This document shows positions 46,693-55,966 of a DNA stretch of 64,000 bases, piece by piece. How positions within the stretch are numbered: position 1 is the first letter of the stretch; each line of letters starts with the position of its first letter. Made by a program: the position numbers and the translations under genes. This DNA comes from an uncultured bacterium (GTDB lineage Bacteria; Bacteroidota; Bacteroidia; Chitinophagales; UBA10324): NCBI GenBank assembly GCA_963977675.1, contig CAXBPY010000002.1:4176-68175 (forward strand), read 5' to 3'. The notes under the pieces were generated by a model. It did no database searches. It was not told where the DNA came from and worked only from the letters and a program-made list of their open reading frames with translations.

Positions 46693-47156
46693 GAATTCAT
46701 CATTACAAAATCAAGATTGAGTGGACAGGAAATAATGGAACCGGAACAAGCGGTTACACGGCATATTCGCGCAGCCACCAACTCTCTGCAGAAAATAAAA
46801 CCTCTCCTGTTCAGCTCTCATCTGATCCCCATTTCCGCGGAGATCTTGCAAAGTATAATCCCGAAGAATTGTTAGTTGCCTCTCTTTCCTCGTGCCACAT
46901 GCTCTGGTATCTTCATTTGTGCTCAGATGCCGGAATCATTATTCAGAAATATGAAGATGAACCGGAAGGATTTATGGAAGAAGGGGGCAACCTGCCCGGA
47001 AGATTTACAAAAGTGATTCTCCGGCCTAAAGTGAGGATAAGTTCCGGCGACATTGAGAAAGCAAAGTCGCTTCATCAGGATGCGAACGAAAAATGTTTCA
47101 TTGCCAACTCAGTGAATTTTCCGATGGAACACGAGGCAGAAATAATTTATGTTTAG
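46689..47156 (+). CDS. OsmC-family peroxiredoxin-like protein
   Basis: The ATG at 46689 overlaps the PspC stop (ATGA). Has two conserved Cys contexts, LSSCHMLWYLHLC and EKCFIANSV. Confidence 0.75.
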   Translation: MRIHHYKIKIEWTGNNGTGTSGYTAYSRSHQLSAENKTSPVQLSSDPHFRGDLAKYNPEELLVASLSSCHMLWYLHLCSDAGIIIQKYEDEPEGFMEEGGNLPGRFTKVILRPKVRISSGDIEKAKSLHQDANEKCFIANSVNFPMEHEAEIIYV

Positions 47157-47231
47157 TTCTCTCGTTTAGTGGTTGGAAAAAAAAATCAGCCCTGCTTTCT
47201 GCCCCAACATTCCATTCTACATTTAACCCTC

Positions 47232-49145
47232 ATGAAATCGCGCCGTTTTATTGTACTGAGTTTACTCTTTCTTATTACGGTTATTTTTTCATTCTGCAAT
47301 CAACAATCAAAAAAAATTTCAAACGAACCATTCTGGCGTAACTGGAGCGACACCGCTCATTATGTTGGCATGAACACTTGTAAGCAATGCCATTCTCCCA
47401 TTCACATGACATTCATGCATACAGGCATGGGAGAGAGTTTTGATTTTGCAACAATAAAAAAATCGCGTGCTGTATTTGACAAGCACGCGGTGGTTTACGA
47501 TTCGAAAAAAAATTTTTATTACAAACCGCTATGGAAAGATTCATCGCTCTACATTCTTGAATTCAGATTGAATGGCCGCGACACAATTTATAAGCGCGAA
47601 GAAAAAATTGAATATATCATTGGTAGCGGACAGCACACTAACTCACATATCTGGAATTCGAACGGTTATCTCTACCAGGCACCCATGACTTTCTACACAC
47701 AGAAAAAAATTTGGGATTTGCCTCCCGGTTTCGAAGATGGACAGAACAGCCGGTGGAGCAGAACAATTTCTCTCGAATGCATGACTTGCCACAATATGTA
47801 TCCTGAGTTTGATGTGGCCAGCGACAACAAATTTGTCTCAGTGAAAACAGGAATTGAATGTGAACGGTGTCACGGCCCGGGCTCAATTCATGTGGCAGAA
47901 AAGTTGACCGGAATGATTGTAGATACTTCGAAAGGTGCTGATCGTTCCATTGTAAATCCAAGAAGGTTGTCAGTTGAGTTGCAAACAGAATTGTGTCAGC
48001 GTTGTCACTTGCAAGGCATCAGTGTGTTGAATGAAGGAAAAACATTTTTTGATTTTAAACCAGGAATGAAACTGAATGATGTCGAAAATATTTTTATGCC
48101 TCGATACGAGGGCGGAAACGAATCTTTTATCATGGCATCGCACGCTGACCGCATGAAACAGAGTCAATGCTTCATTCAATCGAAGACCATGAGTTGCCTC
48201 ACTTGTCACAATCCGCATGTGAGTGTGAAGCAAACTTCTGAAGAGCTATTCAATTCAGTGTGCATGAACTGTCATCAGCAGCAAAAAAAATTATGTACAG
48301 AAGATGAGACCAAACGCGAAGTTGTAAAAGACAATTGCTTTAGTTGCCACATGCCCGAATCTGAAACAATGGATATTCCGCATGTAACGGTTCACGATCA
48401 TAAGATCCAAATTCCAATTTCAAAAACAGAAACTGAAAGTGTAAAACACTTTGTGGGATTGCAGTGCATGACCACCGATCAACCGTCGCCAATCCTGATG
48501 GCTCAAGGTTATCTCGCAATGTATGAATCATTCACATCACAACCTTTTCTGCTTGATTCTGCAAATTATTTTTTATCAAAAGAAAAAAATCAAACCAGCA
48601 CGCTATTCAGAAAAACTGAAATTCATTATTGCTTTCTGAAAACTGATTATTCTTCAGTATTGAAGTGGGCTAATGAAATTGCAACTAAAGACACGCTGGA
48701 TGCATGGACTTATTACCGTATTGGTGAATCTTATTTGCATACCGGAAATTCTATTGATGCTGAAAAATATTTTTCACTTGCTTTGAAATTAAAAGGCAAT
48801 GTTCTAGAATTTGAAAACAAACTTGGTGTTGCACTTCTTCAGAATGGAAAACAAAAAGAAGCGCAGGACCTATTTGAAAAAATAATTTCTCAGCAACCAA
48901 AATATGCCCCGGCTATTTCAAATCTGGCTTACATCTACTTAGTGAAGAATGACATGGTCTATGCTGAAAAATTAGTAAATGATGCGCTCTCTCTTGACCC
49001 GGACTATATTGATGCACTGATGAACAAAGCGGCCATACTGATTACTATCGGAAAAAATTCCGACGCAAAAAAAATTCTGCATCGTGTTCTTGAACTAGAA
49101 CCTGACAATCAAAAAGCAATTGTTGCAGATCGTAATTTGAATTAG
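47232..49145 (+). CDS. multihaem c-type cytochrome (7 CXXCH) fused to C-terminal TPR domain
   Basis: The ATG at 47232 gives signal/lipobox MKSRRFIVLSLLFLITVIFSFC. Seven CXXCH motifs: CKQCH, CMTCH, CERCH, CQRCH, CLTCH, CMNCH and CFSCH. The C-terminal region of about 200 aa has TPRs. Confidence 0.8.
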   Translation: MKSRRFIVLSLLFLITVIFSFCNQQSKKISNEPFWRNWSDTAHYVGMNTCKQCHSPIHMTFMHTGMGESFDFATIKKSRAVFDKHAVVYDSKKNFYYKPLWKDSSLYILEFRLNGRDTIYKREEKIEYIIGSGQHTNSHIWNSNGYLYQAPMTFYTQKKIWDLPPGFEDGQNSRWSRTISLECMTCHNMYPEFDVASDNKFVSVKTGIECERCHGPGSIHVAEKLTGMIVDTSKGADRSIVNPRRLSVELQTELCQRCHLQGISVLNEGKTFFDFKPGMKLNDVENIFMPRYEGGNESFIMASHADRMKQSQCFIQSKTMSCLTCHNPHVSVKQTSEELFNSVCMNCHQQQKKLCTEDETKREVVKDNCFSCHMPESETMDIPHVTVHDHKIQIPISKTETESVKHFVGLQCMTTDQPSPILMAQGYLAMYESFTSQPFLLDSANYFLSKEKNQTSTLFRKTEIHYCFLKTDYSSVLKWANEIATKDTLDAWTYYRIGESYLHTGNSIDAEKYFSLALKLKGNVLEFENKLGVALLQNGKQKEAQDLFEKIISQQPKYAPAISNLAYIYLVKNDMVYAEKLVNDALSLDPDYIDALMNKAAILITIGKNSDAKKILHRVLELEPDNQKAIVADRNLN

Positions 49146-49217
49146 TGCATGCTCACTTATTGATTGTTGGAACTAGCCGGCATTTTTTTCTAAGAAAATA
49201 TTCCCTTTCTTGCTTCG

Positions 49218-50549
49218 ATGATTAAAGCGCGACTTGGCCTTTTTGATTTGACCATGCTTATTATTTCAATGGTAATTGGTGTCGGTATTTTTAAAGCTCC
49301 GCAATTGGTTGCTCAAAAAACCGGATCTGTTGAATTGTTTTTTGCCGCGTGGATTGTGGCTGCCATCATTAGCATGTTTGGTGCACTCACATTTGCTGAG
49401 ATTGGCGCGCGATATCCGGTAGCAGGTGGTTTCTACAGAATATTTTCTTATTGCTTTCATCCTGCAATTGCATTCATGTTAAACTGGGCGCTTGTAATCA
49501 TCAATGCATCAAGTTCAGCCGGGGTAGCACTCATAGGTGCAGACTATATTGCTCCTGTAATTTTCCATTCACCAACTGAAAGTGAAAAAAATGTCATTGT
49601 TGTAATCATTGTGCTTGCGCTCTATTTGATTAATATGATTGGCATTCGTTCAGGAGCGAAAACTCAAAACTTGCTCAGTGGATTGAAGATATTTCTCATT
49701 CTCTTTTTCTGCACGGCCATATTTTTCGCTCCTCAGGCTTCAACCTCATTCCATGATTCTTTGATCAGCGCATCCGGAAATGCATCCCCAAATTTCTTGC
49801 TGGCATTTGGCGCCGGACTCATCTTCGTGTTCTTCGCTTATGGCGGGTATCAGAATACAATTAACTTCGGAGAAGATGTGAAAGAGCCGCAACGAAATAT
49901 TCCACGGTCTATATTTTTTGCAATGGCCATTATTCTTATTCTCTATCTTCTTATTAATGTTTGCTATGTAATGGTGCTCGGTTTTGAAAATGTGAAAGCG
50001 TCGCCGGTTGTAGCCGCCTCGCTGGCCAAGCAAATGTTCGGCAATGCAGGTGAAGCATTTGCCTCGGTAGTCATTTTTATTTCCGTATTGGGATTTCTCA
50101 ATTCTGCATTCATGTATAACCCGCGCATCTGGTATGCCATGGCCGAAGATCATGTGCTGCCAAAAATTTTCAGCAGGGTGAATGAGAAAAAGCAAGTTCA
50201 GGAATTTTCACTTACCTTATTTACAGCTCTGATTCTGATTATGTTTTTTTCACTTGGAACTTTCGAGAGATTACTGAGCTATGTAATGTTTACCGATACT
50301 ATTTCACTTGCATCTGCTGCGGCATGCATTTTTATTTTAAGAAACAAAATGAAATCAAATGCGCCCTATCATGGATTCAGAGTTGCAAATTCTATAATTC
50401 CAATCATTTTTATTCTTACAATTTGCTTTGTTACAGTCAATGTAATTCTTGATGATCCAAGGCGCTCACTTATCGGAGCCATAGTACTTGCAGGAGGATT
50501 TCCGCTTTATTATTTATTCAGGCGAATAATAATAAAATCGAAAATCTGA
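49218..50549 (+). CDS. APC-superfamily amino acid permease
   Basis: 443 aa, about 12 TM. The N-terminal GVGIF motif region is typical of APC transporters. Confidence 0.8.
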   Translation: MIKARLGLFDLTMLIISMVIGVGIFKAPQLVAQKTGSVELFFAAWIVAAIISMFGALTFAEIGARYPVAGGFYRIFSYCFHPAIAFMLNWALVIINASSSAGVALIGADYIAPVIFHSPTESEKNVIVVIIVLALYLINMIGIRSGAKTQNLLSGLKIFLILFFCTAIFFAPQASTSFHDSLISASGNASPNFLLAFGAGLIFVFFAYGGYQNTINFGEDVKEPQRNIPRSIFFAMAIILILYLLINVCYVMVLGFENVKASPVVAASLAKQMFGNAGEAFASVVIFISVLGFLNSAFMYNPRIWYAMAEDHVLPKIFSRVNEKKQVQEFSLTLFTALILIMFFSLGTFERLLSYVMFTDTISLASAAACIFILRNKMKSNAPYHGFRVANSIIPIIFILTICFVTVNVILDDPRRSLIGAIVLAGGFPLYYLFRRIIIKSKI

Positions 50550-50552
50550 TAA

Positions 50553-51695
50553 TTAGTTTTTAAGAGCCTGCTCCAAATCAGCAATCAAATCTTCAGCATC
50601 TTCCACCCCAACACTCAGGCGAATCAAAGTATCAGCAAGCCCGCTCTTGTCGCGCTCTTCTTTCGGAATGCTTGCGTGAGTCATAGTTGCAGGATGTCCG
50701 ATGAGAGATTCAACACCGCCGAGTGATTCAGCGAGTGAAAAAAGTTTTGTGCCTGAAAGAACTTTCAAGGCATCATCCATTTTATTTCCTTTCAGTGTGA
50801 AGGAAATCATTCCGCCGAAGTCGCGCATTTGCCTTGCAGCAATTTCATGATTGATGTGAGTAGTTAATCCTGGATAAAATATTTTATCAACCCTCGAATG
50901 ATTTGATAAAAAATTCACTACCTGCTTTGCATTGTAGCAATGCCTTTCCATTCTGAGGTGAAGTGTTTTCACTCCGCGCAACACCAAAAAACAATCTTGC
51001 GGACCAGGCACTGCACCGCATGAGTTCTGAATAAATTTTAATTGCTCGTGAAGTGTTTCGCTGCGTGTAACAATTGCGCCCATCACCACATCACTGTGAC
51101 CGCCGAGATATTTTGTAACAGAATGTAAAACTAGATCAGCGCCGAGGTCAAGCGGATTTTGCAGGTAAGGAGAAGCAAAAGTGTTGTCCACGCAAAGTAT
51201 TGCTCCGCTTGCTTTTGCCAGCTTTGCCACCGCCGCTATGTCAATGATATTCATCAACGGATTCGTAGGTGTTTCCACCCAAATCAGTTTTGTTTTTTTG
51301 GTGACAGCGTTCTCAATATTCTTCACATCGGTCATCGGCACGAACTGAAATTTCACACCATACTTCTCATACACTTTTGTGAAGATGCGATAGCTTCCGC
51401 CATACAAATCATTCGTGCTGATAACTTCATCGCCGGGCGAAAGAAGTTTTATCACTGCATCAGTTGCTCCGAGTCCGCTGCTGAAACACAAACCAAATTT
51501 TCCGTTCTCCAATGCTGCCAAATTGTTTTGCAACACTGTGCGCGTTGGATTTTGTGTGCGCGCATATTCGTACCCCTTGTGATTTCCGGGCGCTGCCTGC
51601 ACATAAGTGCTCGTTTGAAAAATGGGAGTCATGATGGCACCGGTTGTTTCTTCCGGTTCAATTCCTGCGTGAAGCACCTTAGTTCCGAATTTCAT
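50553..51695 (-). CDS. Cys/Met-metabolism PLP enzyme (cystathionine gamma-synthase/beta- or gamma-lyase family)
   Basis: 380 aa. PLP-lysine motif SVTKYLGGHSD, and family-wide conservation along the length (YARTQNPTR, ESLGGVESL). Confidence 0.88.
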   Translation of the reverse strand: MKFGTKVLHAGIEPEETTGAIMTPIFQTSTYVQAAPGNHKGYEYARTQNPTRTVLQNNLAALENGKFGLCFSSGLGATDAVIKLLSPGDEVISTNDLYGGSYRIFTKVYEKYGVKFQFVPMTDVKNIENAVTKKTKLIWVETPTNPLMNIIDIAAVAKLAKASGAILCVDNTFASPYLQNPLDLGADLVLHSVTKYLGGHSDVVMGAIVTRSETLHEQLKFIQNSCGAVPGPQDCFLVLRGVKTLHLRMERHCYNAKQVVNFLSNHSRVDKIFYPGLTTHINHEIAARQMRDFGGMISFTLKGNKMDDALKVLSGTKLFSLAESLGGVESLIGHPATMTHASIPKEERDKSGLADTLIRLSVGVEDAEDLIADLEQALKN

Positions 51696-51696
51696 T

Positions 51697-51750
51697 CTAA
51701 AAAGTTTTGAAAGTTGAGAAAGTTTAAAAGTTGAGAAAGTTTTGAAAGTT
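51697..51750 (-). repeat. C-free tandem repeat array (six AAAGTT-core units, 8-9 nt period) filling the serC / cystathionine-gene spacer
   Basis: Plus strand reads ctaaaaagtt ttgaaagtt gagaaagtt taaaagtt gagaaagtt ttgaaagtt. No C occurs from 51698 to 51750. The mRNA sense is G-less AACUUUC repeats ending 1-2 nt from the AUG. Confidence 0.9.
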
Positions 51751-51759
51751 ATTTCTCTC

Positions 51760-52830
51760 CTATCCTTTTTTGTTTGCGAAGTCGCGCATCACATCTACTA
51801 ACACCTGCACACCTTCCTTCGGCATTGCGTTGTAAATGGAAGCACGAAAACCACCCACACTGCGGTGACCTTTGATTCCGATGCAACCGGCATTCTTCGC
51901 AAGCGTAGCAAACTCTTCTTCGAGTTCAGGTTTGTTAATGGTGAAAGTCACATTCATGCGCGAGCGATCTTCCTTCGCAATCACTCCATTGAAGAGCGGG
52001 TTCGCATCAATTTCATCGTAAAGAATTTTTGCTTTCTCTTCATTCAGCTTTTCCATTGCAGTAAGTCCGCCCATCTTTTTTATCCAGCGCATGGTGAGCA
52101 TAGAAACATAGATGGCGAATGTGCATGGCGTGTTATGAAGCGAGTTGTCCTTGATGTGATTTCTATAATCAAGCATTGTGGGAATGGGTCGCGAAACTTT
52201 TCCAAGCAAGCTCTCGCGCACCACCACCATCGTAACTCCTGATGGTCCCATATTTTTTTGGGCACCGCAATAAATTAGTCCGAATTTTTTTCCGTCAATG
52301 GGTTTCCAGAAAATATCGCTGCTCATATCTGCAACAATCGGAACCGGAGATTCCGGAATTGCATGAAGCTGACTTCCGTAAATAGTATTGTTCGTAGTGA
52401 TGTGAAAATATTTTGAATCGGCAGGAACAGAATAATTTTTTGGAATGTGATTGAAATTTTGTTCTGCAGAACTCGCCACAATGTTCACCTTGCCGAAAAG
52501 CTTTGCTTCCTTAATTGCCTTCTTTGCCCACACTCCTGTTTCTAGGTAAGCTGCAGTATCATTTTCTCCGAGAAGATTAAAAGGAATCATGCAGAACTGC
52601 ATACTCGCCCCGGCACCGAGGAATAAAACTTTTTGATCATCATCCAACTGCAATAATTCGCGAACAAGTTGCTGCGCTTCTTCAATGATGGCGACAAACT
52701 CCTTACTGCGGTGAGAGATTTCAATCAAACTCATTCCGATGTTATCCAACTCAAGCACTGCCTTTGATGCCTGCTGAAAAACTTCCTGAGGAAGAATGGC
52801 AGGACCGGAGTAGAAATTATATTTCTTCAT
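51760..52830 (-). CDS. serC: phosphoserine aminotransferase
   Basis: The ATG at 52830 gives MKKYNFYSGPAILPQEV. PLP-lysine context CGAQKNMGPSG. The track extension to 52938 is unlikely. Confidence 0.9.
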   Translation of the reverse strand: MKKYNFYSGPAILPQEVFQQASKAVLELDNIGMSLIEISHRSKEFVAIIEEAQQLVRELLQLDDDQKVLFLGAGASMQFCMIPFNLLGENDTAAYLETGVWAKKAIKEAKLFGKVNIVASSAEQNFNHIPKNYSVPADSKYFHITTNNTIYGSQLHAIPESPVPIVADMSSDIFWKPIDGKKFGLIYCGAQKNMGPSGVTMVVVRESLLGKVSRPIPTMLDYRNHIKDNSLHNTPCTFAIYVSMLTMRWIKKMGGLTAMEKLNEEKAKILYDEIDANPLFNGVIAKEDRSRMNVTFTINKPELEEEFATLAKNAGCIGIKGHRSVGGFRASIYNAMPKEGVQVLVDVMRDFANKKG

Positions 52831-52964
52831 TTTATGTTCAGAAAAATTTACGCGCAAAGAAAATGAATGGAGTGTGTTTGTGTGAATCCGGATTGTTGGA
52901 ATAAAGTGTTCCGGCTTTAATACTAAAATAGAGGGCAACTTATTATACAGAAAAACTTAATGTG

Positions 52965-54182
52965 CTATTCTAAATCAGTACTCAGCACATATCGGCCAAT
53001 GCGGTTGTTGTTTTTATCCGCGACATAAATCACCTTTCTGAAATAACAAACTCCGCTCGGTGCATTGAATTGAAAAGGACCAGCGCCGCTTCCACCGAAA
53101 GATGCAAGCACCTGCTTCGTGATCCCTGAATTCGCAGGAGCATTCACACCTTCATATCCCTTTTGTGTGAACTGATAAAAAGAATCTTTCGCTGCATCTA
53201 CAATAAAAATGTATTGCGATGCATCACCGGAAACGCAGATGTCAGAAGGATTGGAAAAGCGATTTGCTTCATAAAGAAATCCATCTGCTTTTGTTTGATC
53301 GAAAGAAGTGAGCGAAGAATTTTCCATGTAAGAAATTCCTGCATCGGGATCATAAGATTCTTTTATCCAAAGTGCTTTGAACTGCGCCGCTGCATCAGAT
53401 TGAAGAATTAAAAAATCATGTGAAGTGCTGATACCGCTCATGCTTTGTGGCGGCGCAGCAAAAGTTGCAACAGCACTTAATCCCAAAACTGATTTGAGAG
53501 AAGAAGTAACAGGATTCAAACCAATGGAGTAACCGGCATTGTTTCCATCTTCATCAAAAAATAAAATGGTGTTATCAGGTCGCGCTACAGAATTCAAATC
53601 ATTCGTGGGTCCGGTGCGGGCAACAAGCAATGTGTTATCTGCGCGTGTTGCAAGTCCGGTAAATTGAACTGCTTCATCCTGCGCACCGCGGAATGCAGTG
53701 TTGTTGCGGCTTACATCGCTGAAGGGTTGAATGAGTGTGTCAATAATCAACGGCGAACCAACAGTAGATGCATTCACAATATGAAATACAGCAGCAAGGT
53801 TGTAAGAAGTTCCGCCAACCATTTTGTTTACTCTTCCTGTAACATAAGTGTGCAATCTTCTGTCCTGTGTTACATCAGTAGCGCCATCAATTGCAATGGT
53901 GCGTTGCTTCTCGCCTTTGAGATCAAAAATTTCCAAGCCATCATCATCAACTATGTAAACCATTTCATCATAGCCAACAAAAACATCTTGTGGATGACTC
54001 ACATTATTCCAGAACGGAAGCAGCGGAACATATCCCACCTGGCTCGGAATTAAATTCGGATCAATTTTTCCCTGCTCAAAAATTTCTGCTGTGGTTTTAT
54101 CTTTCTTACTTCCAAAAAGAAAATCACAGGAAGAGAAAAATATTCCTGTAACAACTAAAATCAAAAATGAATTTCTCATCAT
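52965..54182 (-). CDS. NHL/beta-propeller-like lipoprotein
   Basis: 405 aa. Lipobox FFSSC. C-terminal NHL-type repeat FNAPSGVCYFRKVIYVADKNNNRIGRYV. Its start overlaps the upstream stop (TAATG). Confidence 0.6.
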   Translation of the reverse strand: MMRNSFLILVVTGIFFSSCDFLFGSKKDKTTAEIFEQGKIDPNLIPSQVGYVPLLPFWNNVSHPQDVFVGYDEMVYIVDDDGLEIFDLKGEKQRTIAIDGATDVTQDRRLHTYVTGRVNKMVGGTSYNLAAVFHIVNASTVGSPLIIDTLIQPFSDVSRNNTAFRGAQDEAVQFTGLATRADNTLLVARTGPTNDLNSVARPDNTILFFDEDGNNAGYSIGLNPVTSSLKSVLGLSAVATFAAPPQSMSGISTSHDFLILQSDAAAQFKALWIKESYDPDAGISYMENSSLTSFDQTKADGFLYEANRFSNPSDICVSGDASQYIFIVDAAKDSFYQFTQKGYEGVNAPANSGITKQVLASFGGSGAGPFQFNAPSGVCYFRKVIYVADKNNNRIGRYVLSTDLE

Positions 54183-55180
54183 TAGAACAAACTTAATCCA
54201 AGAGTTAAACGATGAATATCTCCCAATGATTTTTTATTACTGAATCCATAATCCAGCTGAACAATTCCAAAGCGGCGCTTGAACTTTACTCCGAAACCGA
54301 AACATGGAAGCCCGCCTTCATCCTGTCCGAACTCATAACCCGTGCGGGCAAATAAATTCTCTTTCCAGGAGTACTCACCCCCGAGCGATACGGTTTCGTT
54401 GTTATCAGTTGGATGATTGAGTTGACCTGCAATCGTAATTCGATTTTCTTTTTTCTTCATCAGATCACAGGCAATTCCGAGACGAAAAACGGCGGGCGCT
54501 GCAATTTTTTCAAATCCGGAAATTGTATCCACTCCATTCAGCGTGGTGCTGATAACTGTTCCCCTTGGCTCAGCGGTAAATCCAAAATTATTTATGCATA
54601 CTGCAAATCGGGTGTTTGCTTTTCCTACTTCGTATTGAAATCCGAAATCCATCACACCGCTTTGTGTTCTCACTTCCGAAAAACTCTCTCTCAAATATTT
54701 TGCAGTGATGCCGAAAGAAAAATTGCTGGTGAGCACACGGCCGAGTGTAACACCAAGCGCCATGTCATAGGCGCGAAAAGTCTGACCGGTTCCGGTGGGT
54801 TGAAACTCGGTTGTGTAATTCATCATTGGGGTATAAAATCCGATATAACTCAACCCAAAAAAAGTTTCGCTGTTCTTACGATAAACTCCGCCAACCAACT
54901 GCTGATTGAGTCCGGCCAAAAAACTTGACTGCGCCGCCATGAAATGAAAATGTTGTGTGTCAACCTTAGTAATGCCTGCAGGATTCCAATGCATAGCGCT
55001 TGGATCATTTACTTCTGCTATTATGGCGCCGCCCATTGCTGCGGCGCGGGCATCAGGAATATTTTTCAGGAATTGAAAACCGGTAGTGCCCGTGCGCGTT
55101 CCTCCGAAAAGCGGTAGCAATTGTGCGCTTGCGTTTCGAATGGTGAATACTAAAATAAGAATGGTAAGCAATTTTCTCAT
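54182..55180 (-). CDS. PorV/PorQ-family outer-membrane beta-barrel
   Basis: 332 aa with a signal peptide. GFQFLKNIPDARAAAMGGAIIAEVNDPSAMHWNPAG is the PorV/PorQ N-terminal signature as I recall it. The size fits PorQ better than PorV. Ends ...LTLGLSLF. Confidence 0.6.
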   Translation of the reverse strand: MRKLLTILILVFTIRNASAQLLPLFGGTRTGTTGFQFLKNIPDARAAAMGGAIIAEVNDPSAMHWNPAGITKVDTQHFHFMAAQSSFLAGLNQQLVGGVYRKNSETFFGLSYIGFYTPMMNYTTEFQPTGTGQTFRAYDMALGVTLGRVLTSNFSFGITAKYLRESFSEVRTQSGVMDFGFQYEVGKANTRFAVCINNFGFTAEPRGTVISTTLNGVDTISGFEKIAAPAVFRLGIACDLMKKKENRITIAGQLNHPTDNNETVSLGGEYSWKENLFARTGYEFGQDEGGLPCFGFGVKFKRRFGIVQLDYGFSNKKSLGDIHRLTLGLSLF

Positions 55181-55259
55181 TCGCGTTGCAATGTAAAATG
55201 ATGATTCGTATTGAAGATTATTTCTTTATTAAAAAATTATCATTGCAAAAAATCTGTCA

Positions 55260-55895
55260 ATGAATTTCCTTCCTGAATCTATAGAAAAATATGCTGAAAA
55301 TTTTACTTCACCTGAATCAGAAACATTAGGTGAGTTGAATCGGGAAACGCATCTGAAAGTTTTGATGCCGCAGATGCTCAGCGGCCATTTACAAGGTGCA
55401 GCGCTCAGAATGTTTTCGCAAATGCTTCGACCGAAGCGCATTCTTGAAATCGGAACTTTCACCGGCTACTCTTCCATTTGTTTGGCTGAAGGCTTGGCAG
55501 AAGATGGAGTGCTTCACACCATTGACATCAACGAAGAACTCGAAGGCATAGTGCGGAAATATTTTGCGAAAGCAGGATTAGAAAAAAAAATTCAATTACA
55601 TATCGGTTCTGCGCTCGAAATAATTCCAACACTGATTGAAGTTTTCGATTTGGTTTTTATTGACGCCGACAAAGTCAACTATCCAAACTACTACAATCTT
55701 GTTTTTGATAAAGTGCGCAGCGGCGGTTTCATCATTGCTGATAATGTATTGTGGAGTGGAAAAGTGGTTGAGCCAAATCCAGATAAAGACACACGCGCGC
55801 TAATGAATTATTGCGAGATGGTAAAAAATGATTCGCGTGTTGAACAATTGCTTCTCCCCATTCGCGACGGACTGATGATTGTGAGGAAAAAATAA
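55260..55895 (+). CDS. class I SAM-dependent O-methyltransferase (caffeoyl-CoA OMT-like)
   Basis: 211 aa. SAM motif ILEIGTFTGYS, metal/acidic motifs FIDADK and ADNVLW. Confidence 0.8.
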   Translation: MNFLPESIEKYAENFTSPESETLGELNRETHLKVLMPQMLSGHLQGAALRMFSQMLRPKRILEIGTFTGYSSICLAEGLAEDGVLHTIDINEELEGIVRKYFAKAGLEKKIQLHIGSALEIIPTLIEVFDLVFIDADKVNYPNYYNLVFDKVRSGGFIIADNVLWSGKVVEPNPDKDTRALMNYCEMVKNDSRVEQLLLPIRDGLMIVRKK

Positions 55896-55966
55896 ACCCA
55901 AACATTTAACAGTTTGATTAGATAAACACTATTCCTTCATTCGTTTACCTTTTTACATTCGCAACC

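Noticed and set aside
51697-51750. Considered whether the short tandem repeats here, or at 26201-26241, could be a degenerate CRISPR or minisatellite.
   Set aside because: The units are 8-14 nt with no spacers, no cas genes are present, and the arrays sit exactly in 5-prime leader positions. They are not CRISPR and are reported instead as leader repeats.
55186-55248. 8-nt inverted repeat ttgcaatg ... cattgcaa, 47 nt apart, in the divergent region between the PorV/PorQ-like gene and the O-methyltransferase gene.
   Set aside because: The arms are short and do not extend, and the spacing is too long for a typical operator or hairpin. It is compatible with chance.
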